From Waterburya sp. (GTDB lineage Bacteria > Cyanobacteriota > Cyanobacteriia > Cyanobacteriales > Xenococcaceae): a stretch of 64,000 nucleotides of DNA. The DNA lies in NCBI GenBank assembly GCA_965217895.1, contig CBDCJV010000002.1, positions 992,001-1,056,000 on the forward strand. The letters run 5' to 3'. Position numbers and translations under genes: made by a program. The notes under the pieces are model-generated. The model saw only the letters and a program-made list of their open reading frames with translations, ran no database searches and was not told the origin of the DNA. This document shows, one piece after another, positions 29,979-39,927 of the stretch (position 1 is the first letter of the stretch; each line of letters starts with the position of its first letter).

Positions 29979-30282
29979 AGCCTATATTGTGAAAGTAAAA
30001 TAAATTTAATCGGCTTTTCAGCAATTTTTATAAATTCATTGGCAAATATTTCCTGAGAAACGTTAACATAAATTAACAACGTTAAAATTTAAAAGAGCAA
30101 TCAAGGCTGAATTTTTAGATGACCCTTGTAGATAGCAATCTATAACCGTTGGTCAAATCCGATGATGTTAGTGTATTCAGCCTATAATTATCTAAATAAT
30201 CTTTAACAAAGAGCAACAAAGTAGAAATCATTAAAATTAAAGTAAAAAGATTCCTAATCTTCAGCGCAGGGAGGCTGTCAGA

Positions 30283-32133
30283 GTGAGTAAAGATAACAAT
30301 AAAAAATGGCGCAATGCAGGGCTGTATGTTTTGTTAGCCATAGTAGTGGTAGCATTAGGTACGGCATTTTTAGATAAGCAACCTCAAACCCGTGAAACTT
30401 GGGCGTACAGCAAATTAATCGACGAAGTTCAAAATCATAAAATAGAAACAGTCAAAATTAGTGCAGATCGCACTAAAGCGCAGGTTATTGACCGTGAAGG
30501 TACACCTATAACTGTTAACCTACCTAACGATCCTCAATTAATTGATATCTTGAGTGATAACGGTGTTGATATTGCCGTCTTGCCTCAAAGTGATGAAGGA
30601 TGGTTATTTAGAGCTTTGAGCAGTCTTTTATTCCCCATATTATTATTAGTTGGATTATTTTTCCTTCTTAGAAGAGCGCAAAGTGGTCCTGGCTCACAAG
30701 CAATGAACTTTGGCAAATCTAAAGCCAGAGTGCAGATGGAGCCTAAAACTCAAGTAACTTTCGGCGATGTGGCAGGTATTGAACAAGCCAAGCTAGAGCT
30801 TACCGAGGTAGTAGACTTTCTTAAAAATGCCGATCGCTTTACTGCTATTGGCGCAAAAATTCCCAAGGGTGTGTTGCTTGTCGGCCCTCCAGGGACAGGT
30901 AAAACCTTACTAGCTAAAGCGGTAGCTGGTGAAGCTGGCGTACCTTTCTTTAGTATTTCTGGTTCAGAGTTCGTCGAAATGTTTGTAGGTGTGGGTGCTT
31001 CTCGTGTCCGCGATTTGTTTGAACAAGCTAAAGCTAATGCTCCTTGTATCGTCTTTATCGATGAGATTGATGCCGTTGGTCGTCAGCGTGGTGCTGGTTT
31101 AGGCGGTGGTAACGATGAGCGCGAACAGACTCTTAACCAACTGCTAACCGAGATGGATGGTTTTGAAGGCAATACAGGCATTATCTTGATTGCTGCTACC
31201 AACCGTCCTGATGTATTAGACTCTGCTTTAATGCGTCCAGGTCGCTTTGACCGTCAGGTAGTAGTAGATCGTCCTGACTATGCAGGTCGTCAAGAAATTC
31301 TTAATGTTCATGCTCGCGGTAAAACTTTAGCCAAAGACGTAGACCTCAACAAAGTCGCCCGTCGTACCCCTGGCTTTACTGGCGCAGATTTAGCCAACTT
31401 GCTTAACGAAGCAGCAATTCTCGCAGCTCGTCGCAGCTTGACTGAAATTTCAATGGATGAAGTCAACGACGCAATCGATCGCGTCATGGCTGGACCAGAG
31501 AAGAAAAACCGCGTCATGAGCGAAAAACGCAAAGAACTAGTGGCTTATCATGAGGCTGGTCACGCTTTAGTTGGTGCATTGATGCCTGACTACGATCCTG
31601 TACAGAAAATAAGCATTATTCCTCGTGGTCGTGCTGGTGGTTTAACTTGGTTTACCCCTAGTGAAGATCGCATGGAGTCGGGCTTATATTCTCGTTCTTA
31701 TCTTCAAAATCAAATGGCTGTAGCCCTTGGTGGTCGCTTAGCCGAAGAGATTATCTATGGCGAAGAAGAAGTCACAACTGGTGCTTCTAATGACTTGCAG
31801 CAGGTAACTAAAGTAGCGCGTCAGATGGTAACTCGCTTTGGAATGAGCGATCGCCTTGGTCCTGTAGCTTTGGGTCGTTCAAACGGTAATGTCTTTATGG
31901 GTCGCGATATTGCCTCAGACCGCGATTTCTCTAACGAAACCGCAGCAGCGATCGATGAAGAAGTCCGTAACTATGTCGATCAAGCCTATGGTCGCGCTAA
32001 AAAGGTTCTGCAAGAAAATCGTCACATTCTTGATCGCTTAGCTGAAATGCTAATTGAGAAAGAAACAGTAGAAGCAGATGAACTACAGGATGTTTTATCT
32101 AACAATGATGTAAAAATGGCATCTTTAGCTTAA
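30283..32133 (+). CDS. ftsH3: ATP-dependent zinc metalloprotease FtsH3
   Basis: [11 protein letters not shown]-terminus, GPPGTGKT and HEAGH. Confidence 0.92.
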   Translation: MSKDNNKKWRNAGLYVLLAIVVVALGTAFLDKQPQTRETWAYSKLIDEVQNHKIETVKISADRTKAQVIDREGTPITVNLPNDPQLIDILSDNGVDIAVLPQSDEGWLFRALSSLLFPILLLVGLFFLLRRAQSGPGSQAMNFGKSKARVQMEPKTQVTFGDVAGIEQAKLELTEVVDFLKNADRFTAIGAKIPKGVLLVGPPGTGKTLLAKAVAGEAGVPFFSISGSEFVEMFVGVGASRVRDLFEQAKANAPCIVFIDEIDAVGRQRGAGLGGGNDEREQTLNQLLTEMDGFEGNTGIILIAATNRPDVLDSALMRPGRFDRQVVVDRPDYAGRQEILNVHARGKTLAKDVDLNKVARRTPGFTGADLANLLNEAAILAARRSLTEISMDEVNDAIDRVMAGPEKKNRVMSEKRKELVAYHEAGHALVGALMPDYDPVQKISIIPRGRAGGLTWFTPSEDRMESGLYSRSYLQNQMAVALGGRLAEEIIYGEEEVTTGASNDLQQVTKVARQMVTRFGMSDRLGPVALGRSNGNVFMGRDIASDRDFSNETAAAIDEEVRNYVDQAYGRAKKVLQENRHILDRLAEMLIEKETVEADELQDVLSNNDVKMASLA

Positions 32134-32163
32134 GTTCAATAATTCTATAAATTTAATCCAATA

Positions 32164-32195
32164 GGCAGTACTCATTACCTGAGTGCTGCTTTTTT
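32164..32195 (+). terminator. ftsH terminator
   Basis: GGCAGTACTCA/TGAGTGCTGCT stem plus T-run. Confidence 0.75.
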
Positions 32196-32214
32196 GTTTT
32201 CTATTGTGAATCTA

Positions 32215-32430
32215 ATACCATTTTAAATTTATATGAAATACTTAAATGTTTGCTACAGATAAATAAAGTACACACAGCCAATAATTTCTTCTGCCCTCTG
32301 CCTTACAAGACCTATTTGTAGCATTCTTTTTTCTATTTCATATTACAACATGACACATCGTTTTCTGTAGGGGCGAACGGGCCGTTCGCCCTTACAATTA
32401 ATCTGTAGCGGATACAATTTAATTTGGTAT
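32215..32430. mobile_element. MITE-like element containing a REP-like palindrome
   Basis: TIR ATACCATTTTAAATT / AATTTAATTTGGTAT (13/15) and internal IR GCTACAGAT/ATCTGTAGC. Confidence 0.55.
32366..32396. repeat. GTAG-type REP palindrome
   Basis: TGTAGGGGCGAACGG-G-CCGTTCGCCCTTACA. Degenerate relatives lie near 20949 and 46839-46863. Confidence 0.8.
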
Positions 32431-33474
32431 CAATTGGTTGAGTATTTGTAAAAGCTTTTGATTTTGAGCGTCGGTGCCAACGGTAATACGCAGCTTATCG
32501 TCTAATCCAGGCAAGTTGAAATAGCGAACTAGAATGTTTTGTTGCTTTAAAGATTGATAGATTGTTTCGGCTCGATTATTTGGGGGAGTAACTAATAAGA
32601 AGTTGCCTTGAGAATCTCTTACTTCAAAACCAATTTGTTTTAGATCTGTGGCTAATAAAGAACGCGATCGCTTTACTTTGGCTACACAAGCATCTTTATA
32701 CTCCTGATCTTCCATTGCTGCTGCACCGACTAAAATAGCAACAGCATCAACGTTATAGCTATCTTTAACTTTAAATAAGCCTGATAGTAACTTGGGGTTG
32801 GCAATGCCAAAACCCAGGCGTAAACCCGCTAGGGAATAGCCTTTAGAAAGGGTGCGTAGGATAATTACGTTAGCAAATTCTTGAACCAAAGATAGTGCCG
32901 AACGCTCAGCAAAATCTACATAAGCTTCATCTATAGCTAATACACCCGATAGTCTACTAGCCAGTTGGCGTAAATCATCTAACGGGACAAGATGACCAGA
33001 AGGACTATTCGGAGTTGCAATTAGAGTGAGCGCACCAGCAGCAGCAGCTAGTTCTTCAATTGGTAGTTGATAATCTTCGGCATAAGGCACTTCTACTACA
33101 TCTGCGGGCTGGATTGCTGCCAACGTGCGGTAAAGTACATAGGAAGGCATAGGATATACTACCTTGCGTTCTTTCCCCTCAGCACAGGCGCGGATCAGAA
33201 TGTTCAAAAGATCGTCGCTACCATTGGTCACAATAATCCAGTCTTCAGGTACTTCTAAAGCTGTACTAACTGCATGGCAAAAATCTTTAGAGTAAGGATC
33301 GGGGTAACGACGCAACCATTCACTATCTAGATTGCGTAATACTTCTATCGCTTTTGGTGACGGGGGATAGGGATTTTCATTAGTATTCAGCTTAATAACT
33401 GACGTGCCTGGTTTGGGCTGTTCTCCAGGGGTGTAGCCCTGCATCGAGGCGATCGCCCGACGAAAATAGTCCAT
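32419..33474 (-). CDS. hisC: Histidinol-phosphate aminotransferase
   Basis: KLNTNENPYPPSP, DEAY and RTLSKGYSLAGLRLG motifs. Confidence 0.95.
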   Translation of the reverse strand: MDYFRRAIASMQGYTPGEQPKPGTSVIKLNTNENPYPPSPKAIEVLRNLDSEWLRRYPDPYSKDFCHAVSTALEVPEDWIIVTNGSDDLLNILIRACAEGKERKVVYPMPSYVLYRTLAAIQPADVVEVPYAEDYQLPIEELAAAAGALTLIATPNSPSGHLVPLDDLRQLASRLSGVLAIDEAYVDFAERSALSLVQEFANVIILRTLSKGYSLAGLRLGFGIANPKLLSGLFKVKDSYNVDAVAILVGAAAMEDQEYKDACVAKVKRSRSLLATDLKQIGFEVRDSQGNFLLVTPPNNRAETIYQSLKQQNILVRYFNLPGLDDKLRITVGTDAQNQKLLQILNQLIPN

Positions 33475-35123
33475 TACTTAAGCCTTCCTGAACGGATGAT
33501 ACTCGCAATTAACCATAGTCCCAGAAAACTAGCTACTGCAAAAAGAACATTACTCAAAATAGAGACTTGAGTAGTAGATGAGCCTGTAGAGATAATGGCT
33601 GCACCCATAATGAGAGAGCCAACCAAAATACTAAAGGAAAGACGATTAGCCGAATCTTTAATGCTTAAAGATAAAGTGTCTAGCTGACGGAGATTAATAT
33701 TCCATTGCAGCGTTTCTGAAGTGATGCGATCTAACAATAATTCTACCATTCGCGGCGATCGCAATGAAAGGCTCTTAAAATCTAAGCCAATCCGTAATAA
33801 TGTCTCAACGGGTCTTTCTCCTAATAGTTGGCGACGAAACACATCTGCCACTAAAGGTCTAATTTGATCGAGCAGATTTACTTGGGGATAAAAACCCCTG
33901 GCTACTCCTTCTAAGTTAGCTAGAGTTTTGGCATACAGTCCCATGTTGCTAGGCAGACGAATTTTATTATTGCGAGATACCTGTAAAACCTCATAAATTA
34001 CTTCGCTAAAATTGATCTCGGAAATGCTGCGGTTATAGTATTTACGCAGCATCTTGTCGTAGTCATTAGTTAAATTCTTTAAGTTTACCTGCTGACCACC
34101 TTCGGCTAGTTCTAAGGTTAATTGACTACAGCGACGACCATCGAGATCGACAATTGCCAACAGCATTTCTGTCAAAATCTGCTGGGTTCGCGGATCTAAG
34201 CGACCAACCATGCCACAGTCAAGAATCGCCAAGCGACCATCCTGAAGATAAAATAAATTGCCTGGATGAGGATCGGCATGAAAAAATCCGTCTACATATA
34301 CCTGTTTAAAAAAAGCTCGAAACAAAAGAGTGGTTATTTCACTGCGCTGGCTATCTTCATCTTTGCCATCTTTTATTTGAGGTAAACGAGCTTCTAAAAT
34401 TGGCACGCCATCTAACCATTCGATAGTCAATAACCTAGTGCTGGTCAAATCGTCATATACCTGGGGAATAACTAACTGGCTCGAATCAAACCATTTGCTG
34501 TCAGTCAGATTTTTGCGTAACTGATCGGTATATTTAGCCTCGGTGGTGAAGTCTAATTCAGCCGTTATAGCATTACTAAATTCTTCTGCTAAACCAACAA
34601 TATCAAAATTTTTACCAAATTCCGTTAGGGAAGCCAATTCCGCCAGGCTTTTGATTAGAGAAATATCTCTAGCAACTACTGCCTCAATGCCAGGACGCTG
34701 CACCTTAAGAGCTACCTGTTGACCAGTAACTAATACGGCGCGATATACCTGACCAATTGAACCTGCGGCGATCGCATTACGGTCAATATCATTAAATACA
34801 GTTTCTAATGGTTGAGAGAGTTCTTTTCTAATTAAAGCTTCTACCTGTGACCAAGGCACGGGAGGAACGTTAGTTTGCAGGTCGGTCAAAGTGTCTACGT
34901 AGCGTCCAGGCAAAAGATCTGGGCGAGTCGAAAGCAACTGACCAAGCTTGACGTATACAGGTCCTAATTCAATCAGAATGTTGCGCAGAACCTCTGGAGA
35001 AGGCAGACGAGGTTCATCTGACTTATTACCAGTTAATAAACCCCGCGCATAATCCCAACCGTTACGCAAGACTACTTCAGCAATTTCTCTTTGGCGAGAG
35101 GTGTTTTTGGTTAAAGCAAACAT
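33474..35123 (-). CDS. ABC1/AarF/UbiB-family atypical kinase
   Basis: LGPVYVKLGQLLSTRPD, AAGSIGQV, KVQRP, HADPHPGN and DCGMVG motifs. Confidence 0.93.
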   Translation of the reverse strand: MFALTKNTSRQREIAEVVLRNGWDYARGLLTGNKSDEPRLPSPEVLRNILIELGPVYVKLGQLLSTRPDLLPGRYVDTLTDLQTNVPPVPWSQVEALIRKELSQPLETVFNDIDRNAIAAGSIGQVYRAVLVTGQQVALKVQRPGIEAVVARDISLIKSLAELASLTEFGKNFDIVGLAEEFSNAITAELDFTTEAKYTDQLRKNLTDSKWFDSSQLVIPQVYDDLTSTRLLTIEWLDGVPILEARLPQIKDGKDEDSQRSEITTLLFRAFFKQVYVDGFFHADPHPGNLFYLQDGRLAILDCGMVGRLDPRTQQILTEMLLAIVDLDGRRCSQLTLELAEGGQQVNLKNLTNDYDKMLRKYYNRSISEINFSEVIYEVLQVSRNNKIRLPSNMGLYAKTLANLEGVARGFYPQVNLLDQIRPLVADVFRRQLLGERPVETLLRIGLDFKSLSLRSPRMVELLLDRITSETLQWNINLRQLDTLSLSIKDSANRLSFSILVGSLIMGAAIISTGSSTTQVSILSNVLFAVASFLGLWLIASIIRSGRLK

Positions 35124-35673
35124 TTTTTATTATACGCTCAATGTAAATTTCGACTAGATGTGGCGACGGTCATCACACCATGATTAACGAGACCTCGCGC
35201 ATTCGTGACCTTAACTATGCGCCCTTGGAAAATAAATAACTCACCGATATAAACAGAATTAGTATGATACTGATTAAAGTCAATATAGCCTAAATCTCTG
35301 GCAATCATAAGCTAGCATCTTAGCTCAAACCAGCCTCTATGCACTGACTGGTGCTGCTTATTAAGCTTTGAAAATCGTCTTAAGCCTCTCCTTGTTAAGA
35401 CAATTTTAAGGGCGATTTTAAGGAATAGTATTTTCAGCCAACGAAATAAAAACTTTTGATGAAGTTTTTCTCTAGTTTTTTAAAGGGTCTATGAATATAT
35501 ACCTACGTAAGTAGTATAGATATTAGTATTAATATTACTTGTTTGGGAATTTTATCCCTGTGGGACGAGACTCTAGGCTTAAGGCTTAAGGACTAAACCG
35601 AGTCCTGTTTTCTGGGTTCGGTGACTCTTCCTTTGAAGGAGTAAATTTTTATTTGAGGTTCAACAAGGTAATT

Positions 35674-35711
35674 AGACAAAGGCGTGAGCCGCATATACGT
35701 CCTCCAAGACA
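35674..35711 (+). repeat. 38-nt dispersed repeat, copy 2, within a palindrome cluster (35550-35770)
   Basis: 31/38 identical to 1621-1658 (minus strand). Neighbouring hairpins are AGGACT/AGTCCT and ACTCTTC/GAAGGAGT. Confidence 0.7.
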
Positions 35712-37349
35712 ACTTCGCCCTCTCTCTACCTTCAATCCTCTTTTAAAAACTAGAGCAAGCGAGCCTCAAGCCTATTAATCGGTAAATACCTCATGTTATG
35801 AAACTCAAATATACCTATGTTTAATATACCTAAAACATAAGTATATTTGCTTAATTTCATAGTCGAAAATCGTTTAGTTTTCTGCTTTGCTTTATAGCTA
35901 TCTCATACCTTATATAGATTAAGAACCAAAATTTTATTTATATATCAACTATAAAAACAGCTTAAAAGATAGTTTTAATTTAAGGAATAAAAAATGAGGC
36001 TCAAAAAGCTAAATAACCAACTGCTAAATCTAGATAAGGGACTGCTTAGTCTTAATAATCGTCACTTTTTGCTCTTTGATGCAATTATTTTTTCTTTAAC
36101 TCCATTATTAGGAATAAGCCTAAGACTAGATAATTTAATGCGACTGCATGAGTATAGAAGTGGTTTAATCATTGCAACTTTCATTTTTTCTTTAATTAAG
36201 CTGATAGTCTTTACACTTGGTAGTTTTTACAAACGATATTGGAAGTATGCCAGTATCGATGAGCTAACTCAGATGACAGCTTTAACTGCATCTGCGGTCA
36301 TAATAGAGATTATTATCCTCAGTCTTTTAGAATATGTATTTGGTTTATCCAACTCTATAGCCAGGGTCAAATTTTTATGCTTAATATGGGTCAACCAGTT
36401 AAGATTGTTGACTTGGCTAAAGACTTAATTCGTCTTTCAGGATATGAAGTGGGCAAAGATATTGAAATTATCTTTACAGGATTGAGACCAGGAGAAAAAT
36501 TATTTGAAGAATTGCTGGTTGAGGGAGAAGAATATGAATCTACTAACCACGAAAAAGTGTTAGTAGTTAAAAATGCTAGTCGCATTATTCCCGAAAATCT
36601 TGAGATCAGCATTGAGGCAATGTGTAACGCAGCCAAAAACAACGATATTAATCTGATTATCTTTTTGTTGGATCGATTAGTAGTTGGCTATAACTCCAAG
36701 TATCAACGAATCAACGTCGATCTCGCTCAGGAAAACCTAGCCAAAATAATTAGTGAAGCCTGTAATCTTAATTCACTTAACCTGAGTTTACAGACAAAGT
36801 TAAACCCTCGTCTAAGTTTACCCAGTTCTGGCTCTTCAAGCCGTTTGACCGAAAAAGAGCTAGAACGAGGTCTAAAACGAGCATTAGAAAATGAAGAATT
36901 TTGTCTTTGCTACCAACCAGTTATCAATTTGCAAACTGGTGAGGTGAAAGAGTTTGAGGCTTTGTTGCGCTGGAATCATCCTCAATTAGGATTGATTCCA
37001 CCCCAAAAATTTATTGCCATAGCAGCAGAATATGGAATTTTAATGCCGATACAACACTGGATTATCGAAACGGTTTGTCAAAAGTTAAAGCAATGGCAGC
37101 AAGATAGTAGTCTAAATCCCCAAGTTGCCATTAGTATTAATCTGCCCAATCAACAGCTATTCCAAGCAAGCTTGGTTAAAAATTTACAGTACAACCTGGA
37201 AAAATATTGGGTCGATTCTAAATTGATTGCGTTGGAAATATCAGAACACTTACTAAGAGAAAGTCCCCAAATTGCGATCGCAATTTTGCCTCAGCTAAAG
37301 CATTTAGGTATTCAACTGCAAATTGATAACTTTGGTCGCGTAGCTTCTA

Positions 37350-38439
37350 AGTGGTCAAGCAAAATTAATTACACTGGTAAATAGAAAGTCAAAACGAGAG
37401 TGAAAAGAGTGCATTTAGAGGGAAAACTGAGTTCAGAAACAGTCAAAATATTATGGCGATTGTATCGTCAACACCGCGATTAGAGATGCTTTCTGACCGA
37501 AAGCCTCTCTCGCGGCCAAAGTAAAAACTATCAAGTAAGAGCTAGAGCGCACTGTATATTGCTGATCGACTCAAGATACGAGCTGGAAGAACTAATTGAA
37601 ATCTTTGGAGTTAGCCGAAAAACAATATACAACTGGAAAAATAACTGGTCAAAGTACAAATTAGTAGGTTTGTATAATCGGCTTGGAAGAGGAAGAAAAG
37701 AAATTTTTAGTACGCCACAAAAACAGCAGATTAAAAAGTGGGTTACACAAAATCCGAAAAACCTTAAGCAGGTAATTGAAAAAATCAGAGAAGAATGGGG
37801 AATAGTTGCTAGCAAAGACACAGTTAAAAGAATTCTAAAATGTCTGGCAATGAAATGGAAGAGAGTGAGAAAAGTAACCAATGGGCAACCAGACAAAAAG
37901 ATGTACGAAGTCAAAAAGCAAATTCTCAAAGCTTTACAAAGGTTATCACAGCAGGGAAGTATAGATTTAAGCTATTTGGACGAAACAGGATTCTGTCTCA
38001 CTCCTTATGTTCCCTACGCTTGGCAAGAAACAAAACAGCAAGTGGGAATAGATAGCAAACAAAGTAAACGACTAAATATTCTAGGTCTTTTAAATAGAGA
38101 AAACGAGTTATATTCTTACATTAGTGAAGTAGTAATTAAATTTTTGGATTTATATGTTCAACAAATCAACAAATCCACGGTAGTAGTTTTAGACAATGCC
38201 CCCATTCATCGCTCACTAGCATTTCGGAAAAAGATAGCACAATGGCGTAAGCAGAAAATGGAAATCTTTTGGTTGCCAACCTATTCTCCTCAACTGAACT
38301 TAATAGAAATTTTGTGGCGATTTATGAAATATGAATGGATCGAAGCTCAAGCTTACACAAGCTGGAAGCATTTAACTCATCACGTCGAACATATTTTGCG
38401 AGATTTCGGCGATCGCTATGTAATTAATTTTATTGACCA
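37350..38439 (+). mobile_element. Defective IS630-family insertion sequence
   Basis: TA then left end AGTGGTCAAGCAAAATTAATTACA; degenerate right end TGTAATTAATTTTATTGACCA. Transposase from GTG 37400 with YLDETG, VLDNAPIH and LPTYSPQLNLIE. Confidence 0.9.
37472..37519 (+). mobile_element. 48-nt hairpin insertion element, copy 2
   Basis: CA-CCGCGA-TTAGAGAT-GCTTTC-TGACC-GAAAGC-CTCTC-TCGCGG-C-CAA at TCAA^AG. It introduces a TAG; removal restores LYRQ-SKNYQVRARAHCILL. Confidence 0.8.
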
Positions 38440-38811
38440 AGATCAATTGGCTTGGGAATTTTTTCAAGACTTAGTAGCCGATCTCGAAAACTATGGGCTA
38501 GATATTACAGTTGCGGGAATTGAAAATATACCGCAGTTAAATAAGGTCAAAAAAATTGCCTGTGACTATGGTCAAGGATATTTTTTGACACAACCTTTAA
38601 GTAGCAAAGATCTTAATAAACTTATGGAAAATGACAGTAAAGCTTTGTTTAAAAACAGCAATTAAAAATCAGCTTGTTCTGATAGAATACTCACTACGTA
38701 TTTATACTTATTCTTTTAAAATTGAAGCAATAAAAAAAATCTGAAAATCAAATAGCTATGGCTATCTTTTTTTGCCAAAAATAACTAGATGAAACATACA
38801 GAACTATCAAC

Positions 38812-39927
38812 ATGAAAATAACTTTAGTCATCTCATCTCTTGGTTGTGGAGGTGCAGAACGTGTTTTAGTTTTACTTGCCAAAGGATTTATAGATAAGGG
38901 TCATGATGTTGCTGTAGTTACTTTTTCAGATAAAACTACAGATTTTTATCAATTACCGCCAGGATGTTCCCGTGTGGCTTTGGGAGTTATGGGTATTTCT
39001 TCTGGATTAAACGAGGCGATTAAGAACAATATTAACCGAATTAAAATCTTAAGAGAAGCTATTCAATTGACTAAACCAAATGTAGTAATTTCTTTTTTAA
39101 GAATTACCAACATTATCACCATTCTTGCTCTTGGAGGCAAAAAAATTCCTCTTATTGTTACCGAACATAATGACACAAAAGTTTTTTCCTACGGAATATT
39201 ACGGGAAACTCTACGACGTTTGACTTATCCTTATTGTTCTCTAGTTGTAAGCGTTAGTAAGGGAGTCGATCACAGTTTTGACTTGTTACCAAAAAATAAA
39301 AGAGCAGTAATTTACAATCCCATAGTTGTTAATGATAATGGGTACATTGATCGACTACCTAAAGAAGTCGATCCAGATAAAAATTGGCTTGTTGGTATGG
39401 GTAGATTAACAAACCAAAAAGGACACGATCTTTTATTGCAGGCTTTTCAGAAAGTTGCTTCCAAATATCCCCATTGGCAACTACTCATTTTGGGAAAAGG
39501 AGAGCTAAGAGATCGGCTAGAACAAATGAAGGACGATTTGGGCTTGTCGGGTCGAGTTGTTTTCACTGGCGCACTGAAAAATCCTTTCGCAGTACTCAAA
39601 AAAGCCAAACTATTTGTGATGGCTTCTCGTAATGAAGGTTTCCCGATGGCCCATGGAGAAGCATTAGCCTGCGGTTTACCTGTAATTGCGACTGATTGCC
39701 CTAGTGGACCAAGGGAAATGGTTCGTCATGAGGTAGATGGTGTTTTGGTAGATAATCATGATGTAGCAGGATTAGCTATGGCAATGGATAGTTTAATGTC
39801 TAATGAACAAAAGCGATCGCAGCTTGCCTCTAGAGCCTCAGAAGTCACTGAAAGATTTGGTCAAGACAAAATAATAGCCGAATGGGAAACTTTGATTGAA
39901 AAATTAGTTAAGGAAAAAGTGGCATGA
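38812..39927 (+). CDS. Glycosyltransferase family 4 (PglJ/PglH-like)
   Basis: GGAERV, GRLTNQKG and EGFPMAHGEALACG motifs. Confidence 0.93.
   Translation: MKITLVISSLGCGGAERVLVLLAKGFIDKGHDVAVVTFSDKTTDFYQLPPGCSRVALGVMGISSGLNEAIKNNINRIKILREAIQLTKPNVVISFLRITNIITILALGGKKIPLIVTEHNDTKVFSYGILRETLRRLTYPYCSLVVSVSKGVDHSFDLLPKNKRAVIYNPIVVNDNGYIDRLPKEVDPDKNWLVGMGRLTNQKGHDLLLQAFQKVASKYPHWQLLILGKGELRDRLEQMKDDLGLSGRVVFTGALKNPFAVLKKAKLFVMASRNEGFPMAHGEALACGLPVIATDCPSGPREMVRHEVDGVLVDNHDVAGLAMAMDSLMSNEQKRSQLASRASEVTERFGQDKIIAEWETLIEKLVKEKVA

Larger units (their letters stand above)
35994..38665 (+). pseudogene. CapD-like polysaccharide biosynthesis protein fused to an EAL domain; internally deleted and IS-interrupted
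   Basis: The N-terminal membrane part (YKRYWKYASIDEL) joins out of frame near 36358 to the CapD C-terminus (GQIFMLNMGQPVKIVDLAKDLIRLSG...GLRPGEKLFEEL). EAL follows (YQPVINL, FEALLRW, IDNFG), and its tail (GIEN...YGQGYF) resumes after the IS at about 38432. Confidence 0.85.

Noticed and set aside
35138..35380. Minus-strand ELRC*LMIARDLGYID fragment resembling a four-helix-bundle (IVP) protein end
   Set aside because: The similarity covers only about 15 residues and cannot be supported without a search.
37559..38665. 368-aa ORF as an intact transposase
   Set aside because: It lacks the true N-terminus (cut off by the inserted stop) and carries an EAL-derived tail.
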